Part shown: one piece after another, positions 9,630 through 23,892 of the stretch | Numbering within the stretch: position 1 is the first letter of the stretch | Layout of the letters: each line of letters opens with the position of its first letter | DNA from: Candidatus Vampirococcus lugosii | GTDB lineage: Bacteria; Patescibacteriota; Gracilibacteria; Absconditabacterales; Absconditicoccaceae | DNA length: 24,490 nt | Assembly (NCBI RefSeq): GCF_018420025.1 | Contig: NZ_JAEDAM010000097.1 | Coordinates: forward strand, 1 to 24,490 | Direction of reading: 5' to 3' | Notes under the pieces: model-generated | What the model saw: the letters and a program-made list of their open reading frames with translations, nothing else | What the model was told of the DNA's origin: nothing | The model's database searches: none | Translations under genes and position numbers: made by a program

Positions 9630-10838
9630 ATGTATATAATATATTGAAAATGAGAAGTTTGACAATGATTGAAAAAATTATTTAATTTTTTGAATATTAA
9701 AAATATTATTTGTGATGATAGAGATTTTTTGGATATTGAAATAAATGATGATGACAAAATAATTTTGTCGCCAGGAATTAAACCTAGTCATTTTATTTAC
9801 AAATTTCATAAAAATAAAATCATTTCTGAATTGGATATGATTTACAAAATATTAAAAAAATATAATTTAAACAATAAATTTAATTTTATATGAATTACAT
9901 GAACAAAATGAAAATCTACTACTTCTTGGATATTATATAATATATTGAAACAAAAATATGATAATATATATTTGTGATGAAATTTTTCTCCTTCTTTGAG
10001 TGAAGTTTTGTATAATATATTTTCTAATTGAAAGAAAAATGAAGTTAATACAATAATAGTAGAACTTTCTTCATTTATGCTTTACAATACTGATTATTTT
10101 GATTTTCAAAATTCTATATTTACAAATATAGAAACTGATCATCTTGATCGACATATTGATTTCCAAGATTATTTTGCTAGTAAACAAAAAATATTTAAAT
10201 TTACAAAAAATAAAGTATATATTTGAAATAATTTATCAAGTAATTTATCAAATAATCTTATCAAGATTGATAAATATGAGTTTTTTGAAACTAACTTATT
10301 ATGAGAACATAATCAAAAAAATATAAATTTTGTTTATAAAATATGTAAAAATCATTATCAAATAAATAAAAATGAATTTCAAAATTATTTATATAATATA
10401 AATTCTTTGCCAAATACTTTGGAATTTGTAAAAGAAATAAAATGAGTAAGTATATATAATGATTGAAAATCAACAACTCCATGAGCTTTGAGATCAGCAT
10501 TAGAATCTTTTGATAAAAAATTAGTTTTGATAGCTTGAGGATATGATAAATGAGCAAATTTTGATGAATTATGAGAAATTTTTGTTTCAAAAATTAGTTT
10601 TGTATGTTTAATATGAAACACAGCTCCCAAAATAGCTAATATAATGAAAAATTATAATATAGATTATCAAATATATAACTCATTACAAGATGCAAGTGAA
10701 AATGCAATAAATGAAGCTATAAAAAGAAATATAGATATAGTTTTATTTAGTCCTTGATGTTCAAGTTTTGATATGTTTGATAATTATAAACATAGAGCAA
10801 AAGTGTTTTTAAATAGTATAAAAAAAAATAATGAATAA
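9630..10838 (+). CDS. murD: UDP-N-acetylmuramoyl-L-alanine--D-glutamate ligase
   Basis: ATG 9630..9632 to TAA 10836..10838, 1209 nt. N-terminus IIYGKGEVGQGLKKLF..IICDDRD. ATP-binding loop G-ITG-TKG-KSTT (9891..9923) with three TGA=Gly. Further motifs: IVELSSFML, TNIETDHLDRH, NDGKSTTPGA, LIAGGYDKGANF, LFSPGCSSFDMFDNYKHRAKVF. The start could instead be TTG 9669, as in the supplied track. Confidence 0.92.
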
Positions 10839-11424
10839 TAATAAATTGGAAAAATTAGTTGAAATATTTTTGGAAAAAAATAAACATATAAATCTTTCTT
10901 CTATAAAAACTTACGAATGAGTTTGGACAAAACATATTTTGGATTCTATAGAATTTTTGAAAATTTTTGATATTTCTTGATGAAAAAAAATATTGGATTT
11001 ATGAACTGGTTGAGGTTTTCCGTTAATTCCTCTAGCTATTGAAAATACTGATTCTCAATTTATTTGATTAGATTCTAAAAAGAAAAAAATAAATGCTATT
11101 AATGAAATAATACAAAAATTGTGAATTAATAATGTTAAAGGAATTTGGTCAAGATGACAAGAACATAAAAATAAATATGATATATTGACAAGTAGAGCTT
11201 TTGCATATGTTGATAAATTATTTAATTGTTGATATCATTTGGTAAAAAATAACTGATATTTTGTACTTTATAAACAAGAAAATGATTTGGAAAAAGAAAT
11301 TTTGAAAAAAATTTGTAAACAAAAATCTCTTAAATTAGAAATAGAATATAAATATCAATTATTTGATTGAGATATAAATAGAATAATATATATTATAAAA
11401 AAACAATCTATTGGTAGTAGCTAA
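10831..11424 (+). CDS. rsmG: 16S rRNA (guanine527-N7)-methyltransferase
   Basis: ATG 10831..10833 overlaps the murD stop (ATGAATAA) and the ORF ends at TAA 11422..11424, 594 nt. Motifs: NLSSIKTYEGVWTKHILDS, ILDLGTGGGFPLIPLAI (SAM-binding, with Gly encoded by TGA), TSRAFA. Confidence 0.85.
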
Positions 11425-11557
11425 TATTAGCTATATTTTTAAGTGTTAATAATTATATTAATATTTATTAAAAAAACTTATATTATTTATTATATTGTTG
11501 AATTTTATAGATATAAAAAAATACAAAAATAGCAAAAGATAAAAAATAGAAAATAAT

Positions 11558-11603
11558 TTATTTTCTTAAAAATCCTTGATTAAATCAAGGATTTAGAAAT
11601 TTT
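11558..11603 (+). repeat. Orphan copy (B) of the IS-end hairpin module, in the convergent rsmG/GNAT intergenic region
   Basis: TTATTTTCTtaaAAATCCTTGatTAAATCAAGGATTTAGAAATTTT matches 620..665 (and 24309..24354) at about 41 of 46 positions. Perfect 10-bp stem 11570..11579 / 11585..11594. None of the transposase-coding part of the repeat is present. Confidence 0.8.
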
Positions 11604-11606
11604 AGT

Positions 11607-11930
11607 TTAACATCTAATTGCAAAAATATTTCATTCAAATTCTGCTCACAATCTTTCATATATTTGATACAATTGATCTAGTGAAACATCATCAATTGGT
11701 TCTATTTGTCACTCTATATTATAATATTTTGAAAGAATATTTTTTATCATAGATTTCGCATATCAATTACATCTATATTCTTTACCTACCCATAATTTTT
11801 TTAACCAAACTCAATTATTTTCTATACTAAATAATGCAAAAATATTATCACTAATTTCTGCATCCAATAATTCAGATCATTTAGATACTAATATTTTATC
11901 TCAATAATAATCTTGTTCTACAAATTCCAT
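11607..11930 (-). CDS. Small GNAT-like acetyltransferase-fold protein (107 aa), tentative
   Basis: ATG at complement 11928..11930 (11 nt after the leuS stop), TAA at complement 11607..11609, 324 nt. LWVGKEYRCNGYAKSMIKNIL resembles GNAT motif A (V..YRg.G.a..Li). The protein is short and the family assignment is weak. Confidence 0.45.
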
Positions 11931-11941
11931 AATTATATATA

Positions 11942-15094
<3,153 letters not shown>

Positions 15095-15107
15095 AATTTT
15101 ATATATT

Positions 15108-15965
15108 TTAACGAGTAAATTTAGTAGAATTAGTTTGTCTTCAATCTCATTGCAAAAATTCTAAATTTTCTTTTAATCATTCTTTTATATCTGATATTAA
15201 ACAAGAGTCCAAAGCATTATCTTGACAAAGTCAATATGCAACTTGAACTTTACTTTCCATTCATCAAGTTCATGAACTAGAACTTCAATCACAATTTTGT
15301 AATAAATTTTCCAAAGATATATTTTCTATATTTATCTGTGGAATAGGACAAAAATATCAATCTATTGATATACAAAAAGCCGTATTTGTATATATTATTC
15401 AATATATTTTTTCATAATCTCACAAAATTGAAAGTAATTCTACAATATATGCAAATAATCTATCATTATCTTGCAAAACTGCTAGTGCTTCCAACTCAAG
15501 TTTATCAACAGCATCATTAAAATTAATAATAGGTGTTATATTATTTTTCAATAAATCATTCAATAAGTTAAATGTATTTTGATCTTGTTTTTGTTTTATA
15601 AATTTATCATGAAAATCCTCTATAAGTTTTTGAAATCTAGTATATCAAATATTTGAAAAATCAATATTTGAATTATAACTTACCAAAACTTGTCATATCA
15701 TAGGTCCCAAAACTTGTTTCCAAAAATCCATAAGTTTCATCTGTCCAACACTTGCTGATAATTGTGAAGATATATTTTCTCACAAAATTGATTTTCACAT
15801 TTTTACAGCTCAAGAAGAGATTATAACAAAATCCATTTTTTCATCAAAATCCGATATTGCATCTCATATTTGTTTTCTAAAATAAGAAATAGATTCTTCA
15901 TAAGTCATACTATTTGAAACTATTGAATCTGATCAAAATTTTAACACACATAAATTTTTGTTCAT
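15108..15965 (-). CDS. proB: Glutamate 5-kinase-like amino-acid kinase (no PUA domain)
   Basis: ATG at complement 15963..15965, TAA at complement 15108..15110, 858 nt. Motifs: [71 protein letters not shown]. Together these match the ProB/amino-acid-kinase pattern. Confidence 0.72.
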
Positions 15966-16001
15966 AAATTCAAAACTGTAATATTAGATACTAAAAATAA
16001 T

Positions 16002-18473
16002 TTATTTTCTTAATTCAGCTCAAAATTTTTCTGCATTTTCAATAGCTTTCCGTAATACTTTATTTACTTGTTCAGAATTTAAATCTCTAGCATCTATAGT
16101 TAAAGTTATAGATATACTTTTTTTATTTTCAGGAATATTTTCTCATTTATAAATATCAAAAATTTCTATATCAATAACTCATTTAGTATTTAATATAGCA
16201 TTTTTAATTCACAAAAAACTTTCTTGTATATCCAGCAAAAAACATAAATCTTTTTTGAAAATATTATCATTTACAGATAAATAATCAACTCATCCAAAAT
16301 TAGATTTTTGATTATTAATAATATTTAACACAGTATCCAAATTCATTTCTACATAAGAAATTTCACAGTTTTCAGGAAATTTAAAATAATCAAAATAAAT
16401 AGGATGAATACTTGCTATATAAGCTATATCATTTCAATTTAGAAGAATCTTTGCTTGTTTTTTGGGATGAGATATTTTATTATCTGCCAATTTAAATTCT
16501 AATTTTCATTTCAAATTTAAATCTTTTATTAAATTATGAAAAACTCATTTAATATACAAAAAAGCATCATCTTTCCAAGATTCTTTATTTTTGGTATAAT
16601 ACAAAAAATTAAGTTTACTAATTTCATTTGGTCTAATTCAATCTCATAAATTCCAAACATCTCATATATCAAAAATTTTTATTTGGTCATAAACTCTAAA
16701 ATTTTTTTGAACTACTCACAACATACTATAAATCAAATTATCTCTCAAATAAGAAGAATCACTTATCAAAGGATTTTTCATTTGTACAAGTTTTTTAAAA
16801 TCAACATCCATCAATTTCAATATTCATTCATCCAACCAAGGATAAGTCTCTACATTTACAAAATTCATATTTATTAAACTATCTTCAATTTTTCTCTGTA
16901 AATCTATTTCTTTAATCAAAGAATTATCTTGTATATTCCAATAAAGTTTTTTTTCTTCAATATTTTCATAAGAATAAATTCTTGCTACTTCTTCATAAAG
17001 ATCTTCTTTTATATTTATATCTCTAGGAGATCTTCGTAAAGGAACTTTTACTTTATCTTCATAAATTTCAAATCATATATTTTTCAAAATATTTTTTGCA
17101 TTTTGAGTAAATCATTCTTTTTCTTCACCAAACAAAAAATATTGTATTTTATCAAAATCTATTTGTACAAATTTATTATACAAAAATTTATATTCTTCAT
17201 TGAAATAAAAATCAATTCATCAAATTTCATAATTTCATAAAGATTTTTGAAAATATTTTAATTCGTCCAAAAACAATAAAAGAGTATATAAAGTAAATAA
17301 AGGATTAATATTTTTTTCAAATCTTAATTCTGCATCAGTTCTTAATCAAAGTCTTGTTCAAGTTTTCCTAACACAAACAGGGTCAAAATTAGCTATTTCT
17401 ACTAATATATTTTTAGTTTTTTTAGTAATTCAAGAATTTATTGAACCAATAATTCATGCCAATGCCAATATTTTTTCATCATCAGCAATTACTAAATCAG
17501 TATTTTTCAAAATATGTTCGTTTTCAAAAAGATCTATAAATTTTTCTCATTCTTTAGCTTGTCTTACTATTATTTCTCAATAAATTTTATCTGCATCAAA
17601 AAAATGAACAGGATTACCACTATAATTCATAAAATAATTACTAAAATCTACCCAATTATTTACCAAACCTTGCCCCAAATCAGAAAGATACATTCATAAC
17701 AAAAAATCTGTTTCAGCAACATTAATGTTATTTAATTCCAAAGCTATATAAGATCTTAAATTTTGAGATTGAGAATTAATTCTTATTTTTGATTTATTTG
17801 ACATACCCAAAACATCAAAAATATTTGTATTTTTCCAATTTTTCAATATTTGAGAAATAGTATTATATTTGATTTTGCCAGTATCAGAATATATTCCAAA
17901 TAAATCAATTGATAAACCAAAATGTCATGTCATATCAGCCCTATTAGTCAAATTTTTATTATCAACATCTATTACAAGATTATCCAAAAATGCAAATTTA
18001 TCAGTCAAAGATTTACCCAAATCATCATCAGATAAATATTCATCAAAATCTTGATCCAATAACCAAATATCATGTTTATCCAGATCAAGTTTGATACCAA
18101 GTTCTCATTTTGAACAAATCATTCATGAACTCTGTAATCATCTCATTGTCCTATCAGAAATTTTTAGATCAATTTCAGGAAGATAAGATCATGGAAGAGC
18201 TACAGCAATATATCTATTTCAAACCATATTTTCTCATCAAGTTATTATTTGATATTGTCATTTATCGCCACAATCTACTTGACAAACTACAAGTTTATCA
18301 GCATCAGGATGTTTTTCCACTTTATTAGCTTTTCATATAACAATATCTTTTGGTATTTGTCTAATAGTAAAATCTTCAACTTCACAAGATTTTAGAGTTA
18401 ATTCTTTTTGTATATTTTCAACATTATCATCAATATTTATCAATCTTTTAAGTATATCACCAGAATAAAGCAT
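16002..18473 (-). CDS. pheT: Phenylalanyl-tRNA synthetase beta subunit
   Basis: ATG at complement 18471..18473, TAA at complement 16002..16004, 2472 nt. N-terminal tRNA-binding domain IGKANKVEKHPDADKLVVCQVDCGDKGQYQIITGGENM...MRGLQSSGMICSKGELG. B3/4 region NRADMTGHFG. B5 region and C-terminal anticodon-binding-like domain (IEIFDIYKGENIPENKKSISITLTI). Confidence 0.93.
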
Positions 18474-18583
18474 TTTGTTTTAAATAAAATATAAATTTTT
18501 AATATTCATTATATATAATTAATTTTACTTTATTATCAATATTAATTTAGAATTTTTTATTTTTAAGTTTTTTAAAGATAAAA

Positions 18584-19288
18584 TTAATTTCTAATTCATA
18601 CATTATTTATATATTTATAAGCAATTTTTTGTAAATCTTGAAGTTCTTTATTTGTAAAGCTTTTTCAAGTAAAATCATTATCCAAAGTTTTTCAAGATTG
18701 ATAATTTTGTATAAAAAAATTATTAGCTCATTTTATTTCTTTTACAGTATCTTCAAAAATTTCAATACTATGAAATCATTTAATAACTGTAGTTCTAAAC
18801 TCATAATTTATATTTGAATTAATTATTATATTTATACTTTTTTTATAAGATTCAATATTTAAATTTTTTACTCATAACATTTCATTATATTTATAAAATG
18901 GATATTTAATATCCATAGCAATATAATCAATTAATTTATTTTTTATCAATTCATTTAATATTTTTGGATCTTGTCAATTAGTATCTAGTTTTATTAAAAA
19001 TCACATTTCCTTAATTTTTTCACAAAAATCAAATAAATCTTTTTGTAAAGTAGGTTCTCATCCACATATAGAAACTCATTGCAAAAGTCATTTTCTCTTT
19101 TCCAAAAAATTCAAAAATACTTTTTGTGGAATTAAATCATTTTTAATTTCTTGTATTTTTTCTGGTAATACAAATTCAGGATTATGACAAAAAGGACATC
19201 TTAAATTACAAGAGACTGTAAAAACTATACATGAAGTTTTATCAGGATAGTCTATCATACTAAAAGTATTTATTCATCATATCAACAT
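18584..19288 (-). CDS. nrdG: Anaerobic ribonucleoside-triphosphate reductase activating protein (radical SAM)
   Basis: ATG at complement 19286..19288, TAA at complement 18584..18586, 705 nt. N-terminus GGINTFSMIDYPDKTSCIVFTVSCNLRCPFCHN (CxxxCxxC cluster in the NrdG/PflA-type context), followed by GVSICGGEPTLQ. Confidence 0.85.
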
Positions 19289-19317
19289 AATAATTTGATT
19301 ATAAAATTAAAAATTTT

Positions 19318-20907
19318 TTATTCATCTAATTTCATAACAGTTTCCAACAAATTTTCTCTTGCTATTCATTGAAATTCAGAATTTTGAGAATAAGCAATAG
19401 CTTTTATATAATTTTGTCTAGCATTTTTATAATCTCATTTTTCAAAATAAATATCTCATATTTTATTGAAAAGATAATCTCTAGGATATTTTTCTACCAA
19501 AAAATCTAAATATTTATATGCAATTTCATCTTCTCATCTTGCTACATGAAATCAAGCTCTAGCATATCTACAAATTAAAGGTTCTTGTAAATCTTCATAA
19601 CAAGCTGTTATATATGAAGTTGCTAATTGAAAATTATTTTTAAATAAGTCATTAAAATCTTCTTGAAAATTTCATTTATAAAAAATTATATCAAAAAATG
19701 TATAAAAGTCATAATCGGTTAATGGCCTATTTTGTAAAATTCTAGCAAAACTTTTCATCATATTTTCATAATCTCAAATTTTTTCATAAGCCAAAGCTAA
19801 ATATCTATATTTATTTTTTATAAAATAAATATCATCAATTTCATTAAGATGAACTATAGCTGTTTGATTATTACCCAACCAAAAATTACTTATTCAAATA
19901 TAGTAAGTATATAAATTTTTATTATCTTCATCTATATCTATAAGTTCTGTAAAATGTTTTATAGTAATTTCATAATCTTTTCTTATAAAACTACTTTCTC
20001 ATATTATTTGATGCATAAGAATATAATTAGGATTAATTCTTAATACTTGATCTGCCAATTTCTCTGCAATTTTGTAATCTCAATTTTTCATAAGAACAAA
20101 TGCTATAAGTCAATCCATAAAATATTCTGGTGGATTAGTAAATCTATAATATTGATCTATTGCCACATTTAAATCACTTTTAAACTCTGAATACTTTCAA
20201 TCAACATCAATCTTTTCTATATTTTCCAAAAACTTTTCAATATCATTATAAATAATATCAAATAATAATTGATAATATATATGATCTTGTTCATCTATTT
20301 TTTTTTCTAAATAAAATTTATTTACTTTATTTTTTAAATCATCTACTGATGATCTTGTAAATTCAATAGTATTTATCTTTATATTTATATAAACTATAGG
20401 ATCTATTTTATCTATTTCTATCTCTTCTAAATATTTTGATGCTGATTTATAATCATTATTATTATAATATGAATTTATAAGTTCTAATAATACTTCTTCT
20501 TCTTTATTTTCTTTATACAATATTTCCAATATTTCTATTTTTTTTATTTTATCCGTATTGTATTGACCACTATTATATATTTCTTGTAACATTTCAGAAT
20601 CGTCTTTTAATCAAACTTCCAAATCCAATTCTATTTTATTTTGTTGTTCTTCTTTTTTATTTTCTTTATCTTGTTCTTTATTTTCATCTATATTATTTTG
20701 CATAGCTTTATTTTTTAAATCTGTTTTATTTTCATTATGTTTTTCAAGTTCTTCATAAAATTGCATATCCACTTCATCCATTTGAGATTGAAATTTTTTT
20801 ATATCTTGCTCAAATTCTTTTTCAGCTTGATATGCCATATACAAAAATATAATTCATATTACAATGAATATACTTATTATTAAATATATAAATTTAGTAT
20901 TTTTCAT
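19318..20907 (-). CDS. Membrane-anchored coiled-coil / TPR-repeat protein
   Basis: ATG at complement 20905..20907, TAA at complement 19318..19320, 1590 nt. It joins supplied ORFs 20611..20844(-) and 20197..20592(-) through in-frame TGA codons. N-terminal TM helix FIYLIISIFIVIGIIFLY, an acidic coiled-coil stretch, then TPR-like repeats (e.g. GDYKIAEKLADQVLRINPNY, GDYKNARQNYIKAIAYSQN). Confidence 0.7.
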
Positions 20908-21125
20908 ATATATTTTTTACTATATAAATCTAATTTATGAATTATAACATACTTTAAATATTTACAATAAATAGTATAAATATAGAAATTATTAATAAAT
21001 AATATTGTTAAAAAATTATTTTCTTTAATTTTTAATTTCTTTCTATTAAGAAATAATAAAATATTATCAAAAATAAAAATAATATTTTTTAAAATTAAAA
21101 ATTTCTAATTAACTTAATATATTAT

Positions 21126-21380
21126 TTATAATGAATAAATAAATTTATAAATACTATCAAATACATAATAATATTCTGGATTATCTTTTACTATTTGTTT
21201 TATATTTTCTATTTTTGGAATTAGAGATTCAGCAAATCAAGGATTTAATTCATTTCTATAAAGTATTTGATCATATATTAAATTTACTTTTTTGTTACTA
21301 ATTTCTTTATTTATATATTCATAACTAGCAAAACTAAAACTTGGAATTATTATTAATAATAAAATAAATATTTTTTTCAT
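21126..21380 (-). CDS. Small secreted hypothetical protein (84 aa)
   Basis: ATG at complement 21378..21380, TAA at complement 21126..21128, one in-frame TGA. Signal-peptide-like N-terminus MKKIFILLLIIIPSFSFA. No family recognised. Confidence 0.45.
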
Positions 21381-21430
21381 CTTACAACAAAACTTAAATG
21401 ATAAAAAATATTTATTGAAAATATAATTTT

Positions 21431-22441
21431 TTAATTAGAATTTATTTTAAATGATTCTACATTTATATAAGAATTTTTAAAAGAAAATTCTATTTCTGCC
21501 AAAAAGTTTTTATCTCAATCAGTAAAGGAAATTTCTGCTACAGTTCCTCATGTCCATCTAATATTTTTTACTTGATAATTTCATCAATCATTAACTATAG
21601 AATTAATATTATTTAATATAAATTCTCAATACATTTTTGTAAAATTAATACTTCAATTTTCAATATAATTAGATACATTTACATTTGTTCTTGTATCACT
21701 AGAATTATCAGACTCTATTTCATTTTCTTCTTCATTTTCTTCTTCAATATCATTTTGATTATTTTCTTCTTCAATATCATTTTGATTATTTTCTTCCTCA
21801 TTATCAATTTCTTCCTCTTGATTATTTTCTTCTTCAATTTCTATTTCTTTAAAAGAATTAACATAAACAAGTCCATCTCTATATGCAACAGTTATTAAAG
21901 CCAAAATATTTTCTCAAGCAGAATTATATAAAACTTCAGCTTCATTTCATGTTGTCCATCTAATACTAATTACTTCATTTTTTCATTCATTTGAATTAGC
22001 TAGTTTATTTATATTCTCTTTTATATATGTATTATAAAGTGCTGTAAAATTTCAATATTCAGATATTAAATATAATTTTTCTCAATTTCTTGTTGTTTGA
22101 TTTGTAGTCGTTTGATTTGTGGTATTTTGCTCAGTAGTATTATTATTTACTTGACTTTCACTTTCATCTTGATTATCATTAGAGTCTTGATTTAAATTTT
22201 GATCATCATCTTGCTCATCATTTTCCTCATTTTCCTCATTTTCCTCATTATCATCATCTTCCTCATTTTCTTCTTGTATATCTGATTCATCAATAACTCA
22301 AACTTCTTCATTAAAAAATTCTTCAAATTCATCTAAATTCATTCAAGCATTTGTTGATTGAGAGTCTCATTCTGATTTAGTACAAGCAGAATTAAGAAGA
22401 AAAAACACAAATAATAATATTAATAAATATTTTTTATTCAT
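21431..22441 (-). CDS. Putative lipoprotein with two copies of an unknown ~80-aa domain separated by acidic low-complexity linkers
   Basis: ATG at complement 22439..22441, TAA at complement 21431..21433, 1011 nt. Signal/lipobox-like MNKKYLLILLFVFFLLNSAC. Domain 1: ..YGNFTALYNTYIKENINKLANSNEGKNEVISIRWTTGNEAEV... Domain 2: ..GSINFTKMYGEFILNNINSIVNDGGNYQVKNIRWTGGTVAEI... The supplied ORF 21653..21904(-) is an in-frame fragment. Confidence 0.65.
21734..21796. repeat. 27-bp tandem repeat (about 2.3 copies) encoding EEENNQNDI units in the lipoprotein linker
   Basis: Period-27 identity read directly: 21734..21769 matches 21761..21796 with no mismatches, and identity is bounded by mismatches at 21733/21760 and 21770/21797. 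Confidence 0.85.
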
Positions 22442-22652
22442 AAAAAAAATCATATTATATATATAAATATATATTTGTATATAATAATATTAATAAATAT
22501 ATCAAGTAAAAATTAATATAAATTTATATATTTATTTTTAAATAATCACAATTTTTTATAAAAAATATAAATCACTTTTAATATTGAAATATTAAAAAAT
22601 ATATTTATAAGTTTTTTGTATAAAAATATTATTTAAATATATAAAATATATA

Positions 22653-23843
22653 ATGGTAGATTCAGATATTAAAATATTTTCTGACAATATATGAAGTATA
22701 AATCCAAAACATCCTGCTTTTAATTTATTAGAAATGGAAATATGGGAACTAATTGAAAAATTTTTAAGAACAAAAAAATCTATAAGAACTCAACAAAGTT
22801 ATTTTACAGATTTAAAATTTTTTTTTGAAAAATATGAAATATATGATTGTAAAAAACTTCTTAATTATTATTCCAATTATGAACTTAGTGATATGATAAA
22901 TGATTATATAAATTCTAGCAAAAAAGTTGATCCACAAGATCCTAATAGAATATATAATCCAAGAACTGTAAACAGAAAAGCATATTCACTTTCTTCATTT
23001 TTTAAATTTTTACAAAAAAGATATAAATTAAACTATAATCCTGTAATGTTTGATGCACTCAATACACCCAAATATTCAAGCACTAACAGTATAAATAATG
23101 AAGAATTAAAAAATATATTAAATTTTCTCAAACAAAAATATGAAAATGAAAATAATAAAATAAAGAATTTAAGAAATTATTTAATATTTTGTTTTTTTTC
23201 TTTCTCTTTAAGAAGAAATGAAGTAAGTAAATTGAGATGGCAAGATATAAATAAATCTGAAAAATATATACAAGTATTACAAAAATGAAATACAACAAAA
23301 TTAATTCCTATACCATCAAATGTTTATGAATTATTATTAGAATTTCAAACATTAAAAGCTAGTTTATGATATATATGAGATTATATTTTCACACCATTCA
23401 ATAATAATAAAACTAAAACAATAAATAAACCTATAAGTCCAGATTATTTATATAATTTGGTTATTAAATTATGGAATGAATTTGAAACAAATACTCAAAT
23501 TCAAAATATATATCAAAAAATTAATAAATTACAAAACAAGAAAAAATATTTAAATAAAAAATTAAAATTAAACAAAAATATAGAAATTGAAGAAAAAATA
23601 AATAATATAAATTATGAGATAAATAATCTAAAAAATATGAAAAAAGAAATATTAAAAAATAATAAACAAATTTCATGTCATAGTTTTAGAAAAACATTTG
23701 TAGAACAAGCGATACTTAGATGAGATGATTTCGTGCAAATACAAAATGCTACAGGTCATACTAATCCAAATATGATTAATTATTATCAAACTATAAATAA
23801 AACTAAACATAATTCTATAAATAATTTAGATAATTTTTATTAA
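22653..23843 (+). CDS. Tyrosine site-specific recombinase (phage-integrase/Xer family)
   Basis: ATG 22653..22655 (alternative ATG 22734) to TAA 23841..23843, 1191 nt with in-frame TGA=Gly. N-terminal SAM-like domain (SIRTQQSYFTDLKFFFEKY, KAYSLSSFFKFL). Catalytic motifs LRRNEVSKLRWQDI (Arg I), SCHSFRKTFVEQAILRG (HxxR), IQNATGHTNPNMINYY (His plus Tyr nucleophile). It joins supplied ORFs 22734..23288 and 23457..23723. Confidence 0.85.
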
Positions 23844-23861
23844 TTCCCGCCCGGGCGAGAA
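23844..23861 (+). other. GC-rich element TTCCCGCCCGGGCGAGAA directly after the recombinase stop: tRNA 3'-end-like fragment or palindromic recombination/att core
   Basis: It is the only strongly GC-rich run in this part of the window. It contains the perfect 10-nt palindrome CGCCCGGGCG (23848..23857). It can also be read as T-stem 3' strand (TCCCG or CCCGC) plus a 7-nt acceptor 3' strand plus discriminator. No D-arm or anticodon arm lies upstream, because that sequence is recombinase coding. Confidence 0.4.
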
Positions 23862-23892
23862 TTAAATTTGAAAAAATTAGAAAAATCATTAT

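Noticed and set aside
21234-21247. A 14-nt match (AAATCAAGGATTTA) to the 3' arm of the dispersed hairpin, inside the small secreted-protein gene.
   Set aside because: There is no complementary 5' arm nearby and it lies in frame within coding sequence (..NPGFA..). It is most likely coincidental.
23780-23865. A complete tRNA gene ending at 23861.
   Set aside because: The sequence upstream of 23844 is AT-rich recombinase coding sequence without D or anticodon arms. Only the terminal ~18 nt look tRNA-like.
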